Assembly: GCA_965221125.1 (NCBI GenBank)
Contig: CBDCRW010000004.1
Span: forward strand, 384,001-448,000
Origin: Alphaproteobacteria bacterium
GTDB taxonomy: Bacteria > Pseudomonadota > Alphaproteobacteria > UBA828
Reading direction: 5' to 3'
Length of the DNA: 64,000 nucleotides
Shown: positions 8,108 through 18,777 of the stretch, one piece after another
Numbering within the stretch: the stretch's first letter is position 1
How the letters are laid out: each line of letters starts with the position of its first letter
Program-made: the position numbers and the translations under genes
Notes under the pieces: model-generated
What the model was told of the DNA's origin: nothing
Database searches by the model: none
What the model saw: only the letters and a program-made list of their open reading frames with translations

Positions 8108-10051
8108 ATGACGCGGCGCGAGCGACGGCGGGCGAAGAGGCAGGGTGCCGCCCCGCCCGGTGCTGCGCCGCCCGGTGCCGCGCCGCCCGCGGCCGATCCC
8201 GTCGACGGCATCCTGCGGGTCGCCCTCGGCCATCATCGCGCGGGCAGGGCGGCGGAGGCGGCAGCGCTCTACGAACGAGTGCTGAAGCAGCGGCCCGGCC
8301 ATGCGGACGCGCTGCACCTCTTCGGCGTGCTCCATGCCCAGACCGGCCGGCTGGAGGGCGCGCTGCCGCTGCTGACCAGGGCCGTCCGCAAGGCGCCGCG
8401 CAACGCCGGCTTCCTCAGCGACCTCGGCAGCGCGCTCAGGGGTCTCGGCCGCCGCGACGAGGCCATCGCGCACTACCGCCGCGCCGCCGCGCTGGATTCG
8501 GGCAGTGCCAACGTCCGCTACAACCTCGGACATGCGCTCCGCGCCACAGGGCGGGCGGAGGAGGCGGCCGAATGGCTCCGCAAGGCGCTCGCGATCCAGC
8601 CCGAGCACGGGCCCGCGCTGCTGGAACTCGGCCGCGCTCTGCTGGACCTCGGCTCGGCAGAGGAGGCGGTGGCGGCGTTCCGGCAGGCGGTCGCGGCGGA
8701 CGATGGCGCCGCAGGCGCGCACTCCGACCTCGGCAACGCGCTCCGCGAGACCGGCGCGCTGGAGGAGGCGGAGGAGAGCCTCCGCCGCGCCTTGGAACGC
8801 GCCCCGGAGCACGCGGTGGCTCATGCCAATCTCGGCAACGTGCTGCAGGACCTCAACCGCGTGGGCGAGGCGGAGGCGACGTATCGCCAGGCCATCGACC
8901 TCGATCCCGAACACGCCGCGGCGCACGCCAACCTCGGCAACGCGCTGAAGCGCTTGGGCCGCGAGGACGAGGCGGTCGCGAGCCTGGAGCGCGCGCTGGA
9001 GCTGAGGCCGGAGAACGCGACCTACCGCGCCAATCTCGGCATGGTCCACGTGGCGCGCGGCGATGCCGCCGCAGCCCTGGCCTGCTTCGGCCGCGCGGCG
9101 GCGCAGCGCCACGGCCCGCCGCTCGCCCCCGCCGTGCTGAGCGAGCGGCAGGCGGAGCGGCCGGCGCTCCCCGTCGCGCCGTTCAAGCTGCAGCACGATG
9201 CGGAGCAGATTCGCCGGCTCTGTCGCGAGGGCCGGATCGATGCCTCGTTCGGCAGGATCGCCGACGCTTACGAGAAGATTCTTTCGGCCCTGCCCGCCGA
9301 TGCCCCGCCGGAGGTGCCGGTCGCCCTGGAGGGCGCGGACTGGCGGCGCATCGCGGCGGCCTACAACCGCCCGCTGCATCTGCCCGAGGCCACCGCCGCG
9401 CCCGATGCCGCCGTCAATCCCGGCCTCGACGCCGCCGCCATCGAGAGCGCCTATCGCGAGAGCGCGCCCAATCTGGTGGTCGTCGACGATTTCCTGACCC
9501 AGGACGCGCTGGAGCGGCTGTGGCGTTTCTGCCTCGATGCCACGGTCTGGTATCAGGTGAAGCGCGGCTACCTCGGCGCCTATCTGGTGGACGGATTCGC
9601 GACCGCGCTCGCGCTCCAGGTCGCGGACGAGCTGCGCGCGCGGCTTCCGGGCATTTTCGGCCGCCATCGGCTGGAGCAGCTCTGGGCCTACAAGTACGAT
9701 TCCCGGCTGCAGGGGATCGCCACCCACGCCGATTTCGCCGCCGTCAACGTGAACTTCTGGGTGACGCCCGACGCGGCGAACCGGAATCCGGCCTCCGGCG
9801 GCCTCGTGATCCACAAGGCCCATGCGCCGTCGGACTGGGCCTTCCGCACTTACAACGCCGACAGCGCGCGCATGGCGGAGTTCCTGGAGGAGGCCGGCGA
9901 CGAGCCGGTGACGGTCCCCTACCGGCAGAACCGCGTCGTGATCTTCGATTCCGACCTCTTCCACCGCACCGACGATCTCGACTTCCGCCCCGGCTACGAG
10001 AACCGGCGCATCAACGTCACGATGCTCTTCGGCGACCGCAGCGAGCGCTAG
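8108..10051 (+). CDS. Tetratricopeptide repeat protein with a C-terminal putative 2OG-Fe(II) oxygenase-like domain
   Basis: Multiple TPR units (AHANLGNVL..., AHSDLGNAL...); C-terminal HAD...H...R pattern (IATHADFAAVNVNFW, FDSDLFHRT, RRINVTMLF). Confidence 0.8.
   Translation: MTRRERRRAKRQGAAPPGAAPPGAAPPAADPVDGILRVALGHHRAGRAAEAAALYERVLKQRPGHADALHLFGVLHAQTGRLEGALPLLTRAVRKAPRNAGFLSDLGSALRGLGRRDEAIAHYRRAAALDSGSANVRYNLGHALRATGRAEEAAEWLRKALAIQPEHGPALLELGRALLDLGSAEEAVAAFRQAVAADDGAAGAHSDLGNALRETGALEEAEESLRRALERAPEHAVAHANLGNVLQDLNRVGEAEATYRQAIDLDPEHAAAHANLGNALKRLGREDEAVASLERALELRPENATYRANLGMVHVARGDAAAALACFGRAAAQRHGPPLAPAVLSERQAERPALPVAPFKLQHDAEQIRRLCREGRIDASFGRIADAYEKILSALPADAPPEVPVALEGADWRRIAAAYNRPLHLPEATAAPDAAVNPGLDAAAIESAYRESAPNLVVVDDFLTQDALERLWRFCLDATVWYQVKRGYLGAYLVDGFATALALQVADELRARLPGIFGRHRLEQLWAYKYDSRLQGIATHADFAAVNVNFWVTPDAANRNPASGGLVIHKAHAPSDWAFRTYNADSARMAEFLEEAGDEPVTVPYRQNRVVIFDSDLFHRTDDLDFRPGYENRRINVTMLFGDRSER
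8144..8188 (+). repeat. In-frame 15-nt tandem repeat x3 (GAAPP)
   Basis: ggtgccgccccgccc / ggtgctgcgccgccc / ggtgccgcgccgccc. Confidence 0.8.
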
Positions 10052-10094
10052 CAATGGCCGCCGCGGCGACCCATATGAGGCGCGGAGAGCGCAC

Positions 10095-11453
10095 ATGAAT
10101 GACGGTCACCGGGCGATCGAAGCCTGGCTCAGAGAACGCAGCATCGTCGAGGTCGAGTGCATCGTACCGGACCTCGCGGGCGTGCCGCGCGGCAAGATCC
10201 TGCCCACCGACAAGTTCATCGAAGGGCTCGCCGGCGGCCAGCACCGCCTGCCCAAGAACGTCCTCGTCCACACGCTGACCGGCGATTTCCCGCCGCCGGG
10301 CGCCGTCTCCATCGACGTGAGCGACGGCGACTTCGTGCTGGAGCCGGACCCGGCCACGCTCACCCTCGTGCCCTGGTACGACGAGCCCACCGCGCAGGTG
10401 ATCGCCGATTGCGTGCTGCGGGGCGGCGGGCACTCGCCCTTCTACTCCCGCCGCGTGCTCGCGAGCCTGCTGGAGCGCTTCGCCGAGCGCGGCTGGCACC
10501 CCGTCATCGCGCCCGAGATCGAGTTCTACCTGGTGGAGAAGAACACCGACCCGGACCAGCCGCTCAAGCCGCCCATCGGCGCCTCGGGCCGGCGCGAGGC
10601 CGGGCGCCAGGAGTTCGGTATCGACGCGGTCAACGAGTTCGACCCCTTCTTCGAGGACCTCTACGACTACTGCGAGGCCCAGGCGCTCGACATCGACACG
10701 CTCAACCACGAGAGCGGGGCGGGCCAGGTGGAGATCAACTTCCGCCACGGCGACGCGCTCCGTCTCGCGGACCAGGTGTTCGTCTTCAAGCGCACGGTGC
10801 GCCAGACCGCCCAGCGCCACGGCTTCTACGCCACCTTCATGGCGAAGCCGATGCAGAGCGAGCCCGGCAGCGCCATGCACGTGCACCAGTCGGTCTACGA
10901 GGGAGCGGAGCGCACGCCCCTCTTCTCCGACGAAGACGGAGCGGAGTCGGCGGCCTTCCGCCACTACCTCGGCGGGCTGCAGCGCTTCCTGCCGGCCTTC
11001 ACGCCGCTCATGGCGCCCAACGTCAACTCGTTCCGCCGGCTCCGCTTCGGCGCGAGCAAGCCGTTCAACGTGGGCTGGGGCTACGACAACCGCATCGCGG
11101 GGCTCCGCGTGCCGGACGCGCCGCCGCGAAACCGCCGGGTCGAGAACCGCCTGCCCGGCTCCGACACGAACCCCTACCTCACCATCGCCGCCACGCTCGC
11201 CGCCGGCTACCTCGGCATGACGCAGGCGCTCGAGCCCTCGCCGCCAGTGGAGGGCGAGGAGACCGGCGCCTACGAGACTCTGCCGCTCGACCTTAGGACG
11301 GCGCTGGAGCAGTTCGAGGCGTCGGACGAAGCGCAGGCGATGTTCGGCGATCTCTTCGTCAAGGGTCTCTGCGAGATCGTGCGCGCCGAGTACGACGCCT
11401 ATCTGCGCGTCGTGAGCTCCTGGGAGCGCAAGTTCCTCCTGCTGGCGGTGTGA
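10095..11453 (+). CDS. Glutamine synthetase family protein, gamma-glutamylputrescine synthetase (PuuA/PauA-like)
   Basis: PDLAGVPRGK, APEIEFYL, HESGAGQVEIN, ATFMAKP, GSAMHVHQS, RVENRLPG; next to puuB-like and pot genes. Confidence 0.88.
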   Translation: MNDGHRAIEAWLRERSIVEVECIVPDLAGVPRGKILPTDKFIEGLAGGQHRLPKNVLVHTLTGDFPPPGAVSIDVSDGDFVLEPDPATLTLVPWYDEPTAQVIADCVLRGGGHSPFYSRRVLASLLERFAERGWHPVIAPEIEFYLVEKNTDPDQPLKPPIGASGRREAGRQEFGIDAVNEFDPFFEDLYDYCEAQALDIDTLNHESGAGQVEINFRHGDALRLADQVFVFKRTVRQTAQRHGFYATFMAKPMQSEPGSAMHVHQSVYEGAERTPLFSDEDGAESAAFRHYLGGLQRFLPAFTPLMAPNVNSFRRLRFGASKPFNVGWGYDNRIAGLRVPDAPPRNRRVENRLPGSDTNPYLTIAATLAAGYLGMTQALEPSPPVEGEETGAYETLPLDLRTALEQFEASDEAQAMFGDLFVKGLCEIVRAEYDAYLRVVSSWERKFLLLAV

Positions 11454-12763
11454 TGGGCCGGGCGGCAGGCGCCGGGCGCTACGCGCAGCACGACGGCGCA
11501 GCGCCCACCTGGTACGAGGCGAGCGCGCGGACGAACCCCGCCTGGCCTGCGCTCGACGGCGACAGGCGCGCGGACGTCTGCGTCATCGGCGGCGGCTACA
11601 CCGGGCTCTCCTGCGCGCTTCATCTCGCCGAGCGCGGCTACGACACCCTCCTGCTGGAGGCGCGGCGCATCGGCAACGGCGCCTCCGGCCGCAACGGCGG
11701 ACAGCTCGGCAGCGGGCACCGGCGCGACCAGTTCACCCTGGAGCGGGAGCTCGGCGACGAGCGGGCGCGGCTCCTCTGGTCGCTCGCCGAGGAGGCGAAG
11801 GCGCTGGTCCGCAGCCGCATCGCCCGGCACGGGATCGCGTGCGACCTGAAGCCCGGCATCGCCATCGCCGCCCACCGCCCGCGCCACGCGCGCGCGCTCG
11901 CCCGCGAGGCCGCGCATCTCCGTGCGCGCTACGGCTACGACACGTTGGACGTGCTCGACCGTAAGGCGCTGCGTGCCGAGGTGGCCTGCGAGAGCTTTTG
12001 GGGCGGGCTCATGGACCGGGGCGCGGGCCACCTTCACCCGCTCGACTATGCGCGCGGCCTTGCCCGCGCCGCGGCGGAGGCAGGCGCGGATATCCGCGAG
12101 GGAACGCCCGTCACCGGCCTCGCACCGGGCGCGCCCTGCAGGGTCGAGGCCGGACGGCACACGGTCACGGCGGACGCGGTCGTGCTCGCCTGCAACGGCT
12201 ATCTCGATGCGCTGGACCCCGGCATCGGCGGGCGCGCAATGCCGATCAACAACTTCATCCTGGCGACGGAGCCACTGGGCGAGACGCGCGCCCGCGCCCT
12301 GATCCCCAACGACGTCGCGGTGGTCGATACCCGCTTCGTGGTGAACTACTTTCGGCTCTCGGCGGACGGGCGGCTGCTCTTCGGCGGCGGCGAGACCGCG
12401 AGCAGCCGCCTCCCTTCTGATCCCGGCCCGCTGGTGCGGCGCTGCATGCTGCGCATCTTCCCGCAGCTCGCCGACGTGCGAATCGATCATGTCTGGGGCG
12501 GGACGCTCGCCATCACGCGCTCCCGCGTGCCGAGCCTCGGCCGGCTCGCGGGCGGGCTCTACTACGGGCAGGGCTACTCCGGCCACGGCGTGGCGCTGGC
12601 AACGCTCGGCGGCGCGCTCATCGCCGAGGCCATCGCCGGAACGCTCGAAAAATTCGATGTCTTCGCTCGCCTGCCGCAGCCGCCCTTCCCCGGCGGGAAA
12701 TTCCTGCGCTGGCCGACGCTCGCGCTCGCGCTCGCCTACGGCGCGCTCCGCGACCGGCTGTGA
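11450..12763 (+). CDS. FAD-dependent oxidoreductase, gamma-glutamylputrescine oxidase (PuuB-like)
   Basis: DVCVIGGGYTG, GASGRNGGQ, HLHPLDY, GYSGHGV, PFPGG. Confidence 0.88.
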   Translation: MMGRAAGAGRYAQHDGAAPTWYEASARTNPAWPALDGDRRADVCVIGGGYTGLSCALHLAERGYDTLLLEARRIGNGASGRNGGQLGSGHRRDQFTLERELGDERARLLWSLAEEAKALVRSRIARHGIACDLKPGIAIAAHRPRHARALAREAAHLRARYGYDTLDVLDRKALRAEVACESFWGGLMDRGAGHLHPLDYARGLARAAAEAGADIREGTPVTGLAPGAPCRVEAGRHTVTADAVVLACNGYLDALDPGIGGRAMPINNFILATEPLGETRARALIPNDVAVVDTRFVVNYFRLSADGRLLFGGGETASSRLPSDPGPLVRRCMLRIFPQLADVRIDHVWGGTLAITRSRVPSLGRLAGGLYYGQGYSGHGVALATLGGALIAEAIAGTLEKFDVFARLPQPPFPGGKFLRWPTLALALAYGALRDRL

Positions 12764-12766
12764 GGG

Positions 12767-13582
12767 TTACGGCTCGACCGTCTGCGCTTCCCGCTCGCGG
12801 ATCACCATGGCGCGCTTGTTGATGAGGCTGGCCGCGATCACGCCGGTGGCGACGATCCCCACCAGCACCGTGGAGACCGCGTTGATCTCCGGCGTCACGC
12901 CGAGGCGTACCTGGGAGTAAATCTTCATCGGCAGCGTGGTCGAGCCGGGGCCGCTGGTGAACGACGCGATCACGAGATCGTCGAGGGAGAGCGTGAACGC
13001 CAGCAGCCAGCCCGCGACCAGCGCCGGGCTGATGATCGGCAGCGTGACCGCGAAGAATGTCTTGACCGGCGGCGCGCCGAGGTCCATCGCCGCTTCCTCC
13101 AGCGAGCGGTCCATGGTGAGCAGCCGCGACTGCACCACCACCGCGACGTAGGCCATGGAGAAGGTGATGTGCGCCACCGTCACGGTCCAGTAGCCCCGCG
13201 CCCAGGAGAGCGCGACGAAGAGAAGCAGCATCGAGAGGCCGGTGATGACCTCGGGCATGACCAGCGGTGCGTAGACCATGCCGGAGAAGAGCGTGCGGCC
13301 GGGGAAGCGCCCGAGCCGGGCCAGCGCGATGCCTGCGAGGGTGCCGAGCACCAGCGCCACGGTGGACGAGACGAAGGCGACCCGGAGCGTCATCCAGGCG
13401 GCGTCGAGCAGCAGCTCGTTCTCCACCATGGCGACGTACCACTTGGTGGAGAACCCGGCCCACACGGTCACCAGCTTGGATTCGTTGAAGGAATAGACGA
13501 TGAGCAGAAGGATCGGGATGTAGAGGAAGGCGAAGCCCAGCGTGAGCGCCGCCAGGTTGATCCCGCTCAGGCCCCGCCGCAT
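12767..13582 (-). CDS. potI: Putrescine ABC transporter permease
   Basis: FAFLYIPILLLIVYSFN, SLEEAAMDLGA, FTLSLDD, GVTPEINA; ATG at 13582 overlaps the potH TAA. Confidence 0.88.
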   Translation of the reverse strand: MRRGLSGINLAALTLGFAFLYIPILLLIVYSFNESKLVTVWAGFSTKWYVAMVENELLLDAAWMTLRVAFVSSTVALVLGTLAGIALARLGRFPGRTLFSGMVYAPLVMPEVITGLSMLLLFVALSWARGYWTVTVAHITFSMAYVAVVVQSRLLTMDRSLEEAAMDLGAPPVKTFFAVTLPIISPALVAGWLLAFTLSLDDLVIASFTSGPGSTTLPMKIYSQVRLGVTPEINAVSTVLVGIVATGVIAASLINKRAMVIREREAQTVEP

Positions 13583-14508
13583 TAGGCGTCCGCCTCGCGC
13601 TGGCGCTGCTGGTGGCGCTGGAACAGCACGATGGGCACGATCAACACCAGCAGCAGGATCACGGCGACTGCGGACGCCACCGGCCAGTCGCGGTTGCTGA
13701 AGAACTCGGTCCAGAGCGTGCGTCCGATCATCAGCGTGCCGGAGCCGCCGAGCAGGTCGGGGATCACGAACTCGCCGACCGCCGGGATGAACACCAGGAA
13801 GCACCCGGCGACGATGCCGGGCCTGGCCAGCGGCACGGTGATCTTCCAGAAGGCGCCGGCCGGGCGGCAGCCGAGGTCGGCCGCGGCCTCCAGCAGCGAG
13901 CGGTCCATCCGCACCAGGTTGGCGTAGAGCGGCAGGACCATGAACGGCAGGTACGAATAGACGATGCCGATGTAGACCGCGATGTTGGTGTTGAGGATGA
14001 TCAGCGGCTCGTCGATCACGCCCACCCAGCGCAGCGCCCCGTTCAGCATCCCCTCGTTCTTGAGGATGCCGATCCAGGCGTAGACCCGGATGAGGAACGA
14101 GGTCCAGAAGGGCAGGATCACCAGCATCACCAGCGTCGCCTGCCAGGCGCGCGGCGCGCGGGCCATGGCGTAGGCGATGGGGAAGCCCACCAGCAGGGCG
14201 AGCGCGGTGGAGATCGCCGCGATCTTGAGGCTGTTCGCGTAGGCGCGGATGTAGAGGCTGTCCTCGATCAGGAGCCGGTAGTTGTCGCCGACCGCGAAGA
14301 GCTCGAAGGAGCTGCCCTCGGGCCACGCGAAGAGCGGCGTGTAGGGGGGGATCGCGAGCTGCACCTCGGCCACGCTGATCTTGAGCACGATGGCGAAGGG
14401 CACGAGGAAGAAGAGGAGCAGCCAGAGATAGGGGCTCGCGATGACCGAGCCGTGCCCGAGCCAGCGCCGGCCTGGGCGCGCGGGCGTGCGGCGTTCCTGG
14501 CTGCTCAT
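13582..14508 (-). CDS. potH: Putrescine ABC transporter permease
   Basis: PYLWLLLFFLVPF, PFWTSFLIRVYAW, LLEAAADLG, FFSNRDWPVASA. Confidence 0.9.
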   Translation of the reverse strand: MSSQERRTPARPGRRWLGHGSVIASPYLWLLLFFLVPFAIVLKISVAEVQLAIPPYTPLFAWPEGSSFELFAVGDNYRLLIEDSLYIRAYANSLKIAAISTALALLVGFPIAYAMARAPRAWQATLVMLVILPFWTSFLIRVYAWIGILKNEGMLNGALRWVGVIDEPLIILNTNIAVYIGIVYSYLPFMVLPLYANLVRMDRSLLEAAADLGCRPAGAFWKITVPLARPGIVAGCFLVFIPAVGEFVIPDLLGGSGTLMIGRTLWTEFFSNRDWPVASAVAVILLLVLIVPIVLFQRHQQRQREADA

Positions 14509-15650
14509 GAGCGGAGCAGGATGCTCGCCTCGACCGGCCAGGTGAGGTGAACGCGGGCGCCCCGGTCGATGGCCGCGCCGGCCTGGCGGAGCCGGTTGGT
14601 CTGGGTCGAGACCACCATCCTGCCGCTGTCGAGGCGCACCCGGTAGGTGGACGTGCTGCCGAGGTAGGCGATCTCGGTCACCTCGCCCGCCATCGCGTTC
14701 GCCGTGCCGGGCGGGGGCGGCTCAGGCGCGATCTCTATTTTTTCCGGCCGCACCGCGAGCAGTACGGGATCGCCTGCCGCAGGCCCGTCGGCGCGGGCCG
14801 GTGCCGCGAGCCCCGCCGGCGCGTCGGCCTGTTCGACCGCGATGTCGTTGCCGTTTACGGCGCTCGCCCGCCCCTCGAAGACGTTCACGTCGCCGATGAA
14901 CTCGGCCACGTAGCGCGAGCAGGGCGCCTCGTAGATCGCGGACGGCGTGTCCACCTGGGCGATGCGGCCTCGATCCATCACCGCGATGCGGTCGGCCACG
15001 GTCATCGCCTCGTCCTGATCGTGGGTGACGATCACGAAGGTGATGCCGACGCGCTGCTGAATCGCCATCAGCTCGAACTGGGTCTGCTCGCGGAGCTTCT
15101 TGTCGAGCGCGGCCAAGGGCTCGTCGAGCAGCAGCAGCTTGGGCCGCTTGACCAGGCTGCGGGCGAGCGCCACGCGCTGGCGCTGCCCGCCGGAGAGCTG
15201 GTGCGGCTTGCGGCGCGCGAGCGGCGACAGCTCCACCAGCGCCAGCGCGTCGGCCACCCGCGTCGCGATCTCGGCCCTCGGCACCCGGTCCTGGCGCAGC
15301 CCGAAGGCGACGTTGCCGGCGACGCTCATGTGGGGGAAGAGCGCGTAGGACTGGAACATCATGTTGACCGGCCGCCGGTAGGGCGGCAGCGCGGCCAGGT
15401 CCTCGCCCTCGAGCAGGAGGGCGCCCGCGCTCGGCGTCTCGAAGCCCGCGAGCATGCGGAGCAGCGTGGTCTTGCCGCAGCCGGACGGGCCGAGCAGGGC
15501 GAAGAATTCGCCCCGCCCGATGTCGAGGGAGACGTCGTCGACGGCGGTGACGGCGCCGAAGCGCTTGCTGACGCCCTCGATGCGGAGGAAGGCGCCGCCG
15601 TTGCCGGGGGCGAGCGGCGTCTTTCCCCCGGCGTCCTGCGGCAGACTCAC
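14505..15650 (-). CDS. potG: Putrescine ABC transporter ATP-binding protein
   Basis: GPSGCGKT, RPVNMMFQSYALFPHM, LSGGQRQRVALARSL. Confidence 0.9.
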   Translation of the reverse strand: MSLPQDAGGKTPLAPGNGGAFLRIEGVSKRFGAVTAVDDVSLDIGRGEFFALLGPSGCGKTTLLRMLAGFETPSAGALLLEGEDLAALPPYRRPVNMMFQSYALFPHMSVAGNVAFGLRQDRVPRAEIATRVADALALVELSPLARRKPHQLSGGQRQRVALARSLVKRPKLLLLDEPLAALDKKLREQTQFELMAIQQRVGITFVIVTHDQDEAMTVADRIAVMDRGRIAQVDTPSAIYEAPCSRYVAEFIGDVNVFEGRASAVNGNDIAVEQADAPAGLAAPARADGPAAGDPVLLAVRPEKIEIAPEPPPPGTANAMAGEVTEIAYLGSTSTYRVRLDSGRMVVSTQTNRLRQAGAAIDRGARVHLTWPVEASILLRS

Positions 15651-15693
15651 GAGCGCCGCACCCGCGCGCGCCCGTGCGGTGTGAGCGTCGTGC

Positions 15694-16791
15694 CTATTCC
15701 GCGCCCTTGATGCGGGTCCACATCCGCGTGATGAAGCGCGACACCTTCTGCGGATAGGGGTCGGTCACGTACAGCCCCTTCCGCGCCTCCTCGGTCGGGT
15801 AGATGCCGGGGTCCTCGGTGATCTCCGCGTCCAGCAGCGGGGTCGAGGCGGCGTTGCCGTTCGCGTAGTAGACGTAGTTGGACGCCTTGGCGATCACCTC
15901 GGGCCGCAGGATGTAGTCGAGGAAGGTGTGCGCGTTGCCCGGATGCGGCGCATCCGCCGGGATCGCCATCATGTCGAACCACGACAGCGCGCCCTCGTCC
16001 GGGATCACGTAGGCGATCTCGACGTTGTTCTCGGCCTCCCAGGCGCGGTCGCGGGCCTGCAGCATGTCGCCCGACCAGCCCATGGTGAGGCAGATGTCGC
16101 CGTTGGCGAGATCGTTGATCTGGGCCGAGTTGTGGAAGCGGCGGATGTGGGGGCGGATCGCCAGCATCACCGGCTCGACCTTGGCGATCACGTCCGTGTC
16201 GTGGCTGTTGGGGTCCTCGCCGATGTAGTTGAGCACGGCCGGGACCACTTCGTCCGGCTCGTCCATCATGTAGACCCCGCAATCGGCGAACTGCGAGACC
16301 ACGTCGGGGTCGAAGAGCATGCCCCAGGAGCCGGTGGGCGCGTCGGGCGCGCGCTCGGCGATCTTGTCGATGTTGTAGCCGAAGCCCGTGGTGCCCCACA
16401 TGTAATTGATGGCGTACTGGTTGCCCGGGTCCCACTGGCTCACGACCGACATGATGGTCTCGTCCAGGTTGCCGATGTTGGCGAGCTTGCCCTTGTCGAG
16501 CGGCTGGAAGATGCCGGCCTGGATCTGGCGCGCGAGGAAGGTCCCGCTCGGCACAACCACGTCGTAGCCGGTGCTGCCGGTGAGCAGCTTGGTCTCCAGG
16601 ATGTTGTTGGAATCGAAGACGTCGTAGACGACCTTGATCCCTGTCTCGGCTTCGAACTCGCTCAGAATCTCCTCGTCGATGTAGTCCGACCAGTTGTAGA
16701 CGTTGACGACGGCCTCCTCCTCGGCGAAGGCCGTGGTCGCAGCCAGGAGCGCCGCAGCGGCGGCGCCGGCGGTCAGCGGCAGCTTGATCAT
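15694..16791 (-). CDS. potF: Putrescine ABC transporter substrate-binding protein
   Basis: Signal peptide, VYNWSDYI, TGYDVVVPS, YMWGTTG, GWSGD. Confidence 0.9.
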   Translation of the reverse strand: MIKLPLTAGAAAAALLAATTAFAEEEAVVNVYNWSDYIDEEILSEFEAETGIKVVYDVFDSNNILETKLLTGSTGYDVVVPSGTFLARQIQAGIFQPLDKGKLANIGNLDETIMSVVSQWDPGNQYAINYMWGTTGFGYNIDKIAERAPDAPTGSWGMLFDPDVVSQFADCGVYMMDEPDEVVPAVLNYIGEDPNSHDTDVIAKVEPVMLAIRPHIRRFHNSAQINDLANGDICLTMGWSGDMLQARDRAWEAENNVEIAYVIPDEGALSWFDMMAIPADAPHPGNAHTFLDYILRPEVIAKASNYVYYANGNAASTPLLDAEITEDPGIYPTEEARKGLYVTDPYPQKVSRFITRMWTRIKGAE

Positions 16792-16890
16792 GGGATTCGT
16801 CCTCTCTTGCCCGGCCTCGTGCGGCGGGCCGCAGTGGCGGTCGGAGGATTCAGGACCTTCGCGGCGCCCCTGTCAACGCGCCCGCCCGTC

Positions 16891-17685
16891 TTATCGCGCA
16901 AACGTGACGCCGGCCTCGCCCAGGCCCTCGATGGCGACCGAGACCGTATCGCCGGGCTCGACCCACTTGGTCTCGACGACGCTTCCGGTCAGCACCACGT
17001 CGCCGGCCCGGAGCGGGCGTCCGCTCGCGGCGGCGTGGTTCGCGAGCCAGGTGAGCGCCTCGAAGGGGTGGCCCATCACGTCGGCCCCGGTCCCGGCGCC
17101 CACCTGTGCGCCGTTGATCGCCATGGTGCCGCCCGCCGCCGCGAGGTCCACGCCCCGCCACCCGGCGACCGGCGGGCCGAGCACGGCGCCGGCGCTGAAG
17201 AAGTCATCGGCGATCAGCGTCGGCGTGTCGAGAGCGCGAAAATCCTCGTAGCGGTCGTCGACGATCTCGATGGCCGCCATGCAGGCCTCGACAGCGGCGG
17301 CGACGGCGGCGCGGTCGAAGGGCGCCTCGTTGGCTGGCAGCGGCTGGCCGAGTCTCACCGCGATCTCGCACTCGACCCCCGGCCGCCAGTGGTCGGCGTA
17401 GGCGACCGTCGCGGGCGCAGCATGGGTCCGGTGCTCGTAGAGCGCGCCGGCGCAAGGGTGGGCGATCTCCAGGTAGCGCTGCATCACCGGCGTGGTGCAG
17501 CCGATCTTGCGGCCGCAGACGGCGCCGTGGGTCGCGGCGAGGCGCGCGTTGAGCGCGGCCTGGACCGCGTAGGCGTCGTCGAGCGTGGCGGGCCGGCAGT
17601 CGTGTGGCAGGGCGTCGATCCGCCGCTGCCGGTCGCGGGCGCCGGCGTAGAGAGAGACCGCCCGGTCGATGGCGTCCGGCGTCAC
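16891..17685 (-). CDS. 2-keto-4-pentenoate hydratase-like, fumarylacetoacetate hydrolase family
   Basis: [51 protein letters not shown]. Confidence 0.85.
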   Translation of the reverse strand: MTPDAIDRAVSLYAGARDRQRRIDALPHDCRPATLDDAYAVQAALNARLAATHGAVCGRKIGCTTPVMQRYLEIAHPCAGALYEHRTHAAPATVAYADHWRPGVECEIAVRLGQPLPANEAPFDRAAVAAAVEACMAAIEIVDDRYEDFRALDTPTLIADDFFSAGAVLGPPVAGWRGVDLAAAGGTMAINGAQVGAGTGADVMGHPFEALTWLANHAAASGRPLRAGDVVLTGSVVETKWVEPGDTVSVAIEGLGEAGVTFAR

Positions 17686-17692
17686 GGCGCCC

Positions 17693-18634
17693 TCACGCGG
17701 CGCTTGCCCGGTGGTTCAGCGCTTCCACCGCCGGCTGCACCTCGGCGATAAGCCGGCGCGTCTGGTCCAGAACGTCGTCGTCGTCGCTGCCGATCGGCCA
17801 CGCCACGAACTTCGACACGCCGGCCGCGACGAACTCCTCGATCCGCCGCATGATGTCCGCGCCGTCGCCGGCGACGATGCCGCCCCTGGGGTCGCGCTGG
17901 AAGCGCACCGCGTAGGTCTCGGCCATCCGCTGCATGAGGGGCTCGTCCCAGCTGCCGAAGCGGAAGTGGAAGCTCGCGCCGTAGTGGTCCGCGTCGATGC
18001 GCCGCCCGGTCTCCTTCAGCGCCTCCTTGATCCCGGCGATGGCGGGCGCCACCTGCGCCGGCGTCTCCAGCCCGGCCACCCAGCCGGTGCCGATGCGCGC
18101 CGTGCGCCGGATCGCCGGCTTGCTCGAACCGCCGAGCCAGAGCGGCAGCGCCTTCTGCACCGGCTTGGGCTCGATCCTCGCGCCTGCGTAACGGTAGAAC
18201 TCGCCGTCGAAATCGACCGAGTCCTCGGTCCAGAGCCGGGCGATCAATTCCAGCCCCTCGTCGGTGCGCCGGCCGCGGCCCGCAGTATCCGTGCCGGTCG
18301 CCGCCCAGTCCGGCGCGCGGATCGCGCCGATGCCGAAGGCCGGCAGCAGGCGGCCTTCGCTCAGCACGTCGATGGTGGCGCACTGCTTGGCGAGCAGCAG
18401 CGGGTCGCGCAGGCCGACCGAGGCGACGTTCATGCCGAACTTGATGCGCTCGGTCCGCCCGGCGAGCGCCGCCATCACGCTCATCACCTCGAGGAAGGGC
18501 TCGTCGGAGACGAGGCGGTCGGTCTGCCAGAGCGAATCGACCCCGCCCTCCTCGCAGAGGTCGACCCAGCGCCAGAAGGCGCGCGCGCCCGAGAACGGGA
18601 ATGCGTTGAGTCCCAGTCCGACGGCGATCGACAA
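17693..18634 (-). CDS. LLM class flavin-dependent oxidoreductase
   Basis: [46 protein letters not shown]. Confidence 0.88.
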   Translation of the reverse strand: MSIAVGLGLNAFPFSGARAFWRWVDLCEEGGVDSLWQTDRLVSDEPFLEVMSVMAALAGRTERIKFGMNVASVGLRDPLLLAKQCATIDVLSEGRLLPAFGIGAIRAPDWAATGTDTAGRGRRTDEGLELIARLWTEDSVDFDGEFYRYAGARIEPKPVQKALPLWLGGSSKPAIRRTARIGTGWVAGLETPAQVAPAIAGIKEALKETGRRIDADHYGASFHFRFGSWDEPLMQRMAETYAVRFQRDPRGGIVAGDGADIMRRIEEFVAAGVSKFVAWPIGSDDDDVLDQTRRLIAEVQPAVEALNHRASAA

Positions 18635-18748
18635 CGACGCCTCCCTCGCCCACGTCCGCAGGGCGCTGCGTCACGCCCTGCGAGGTCCGTCATTTCTACG
18701 CGTGGGGGCTGGCAGGGTCCAGCCGGGTGGCTTGCCGGGGTGCTGGCG

Positions 18749-18777
18749 TTGACAGCCTTTCGGGCCGGTCATAGTGT
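18749..18777 (+). promoter_or_regulatory. Putative sigma70 promoter of etfB
   Basis: TTGACA-17 nt-TAGTGT. Confidence 0.5.

Noticed and set aside
10095-11453. Could be called glnA
   Set aside because: Context (PuuB-like oxidase, potFGHI) and sequence fit a gamma-glutamyl-polyamine ligase better
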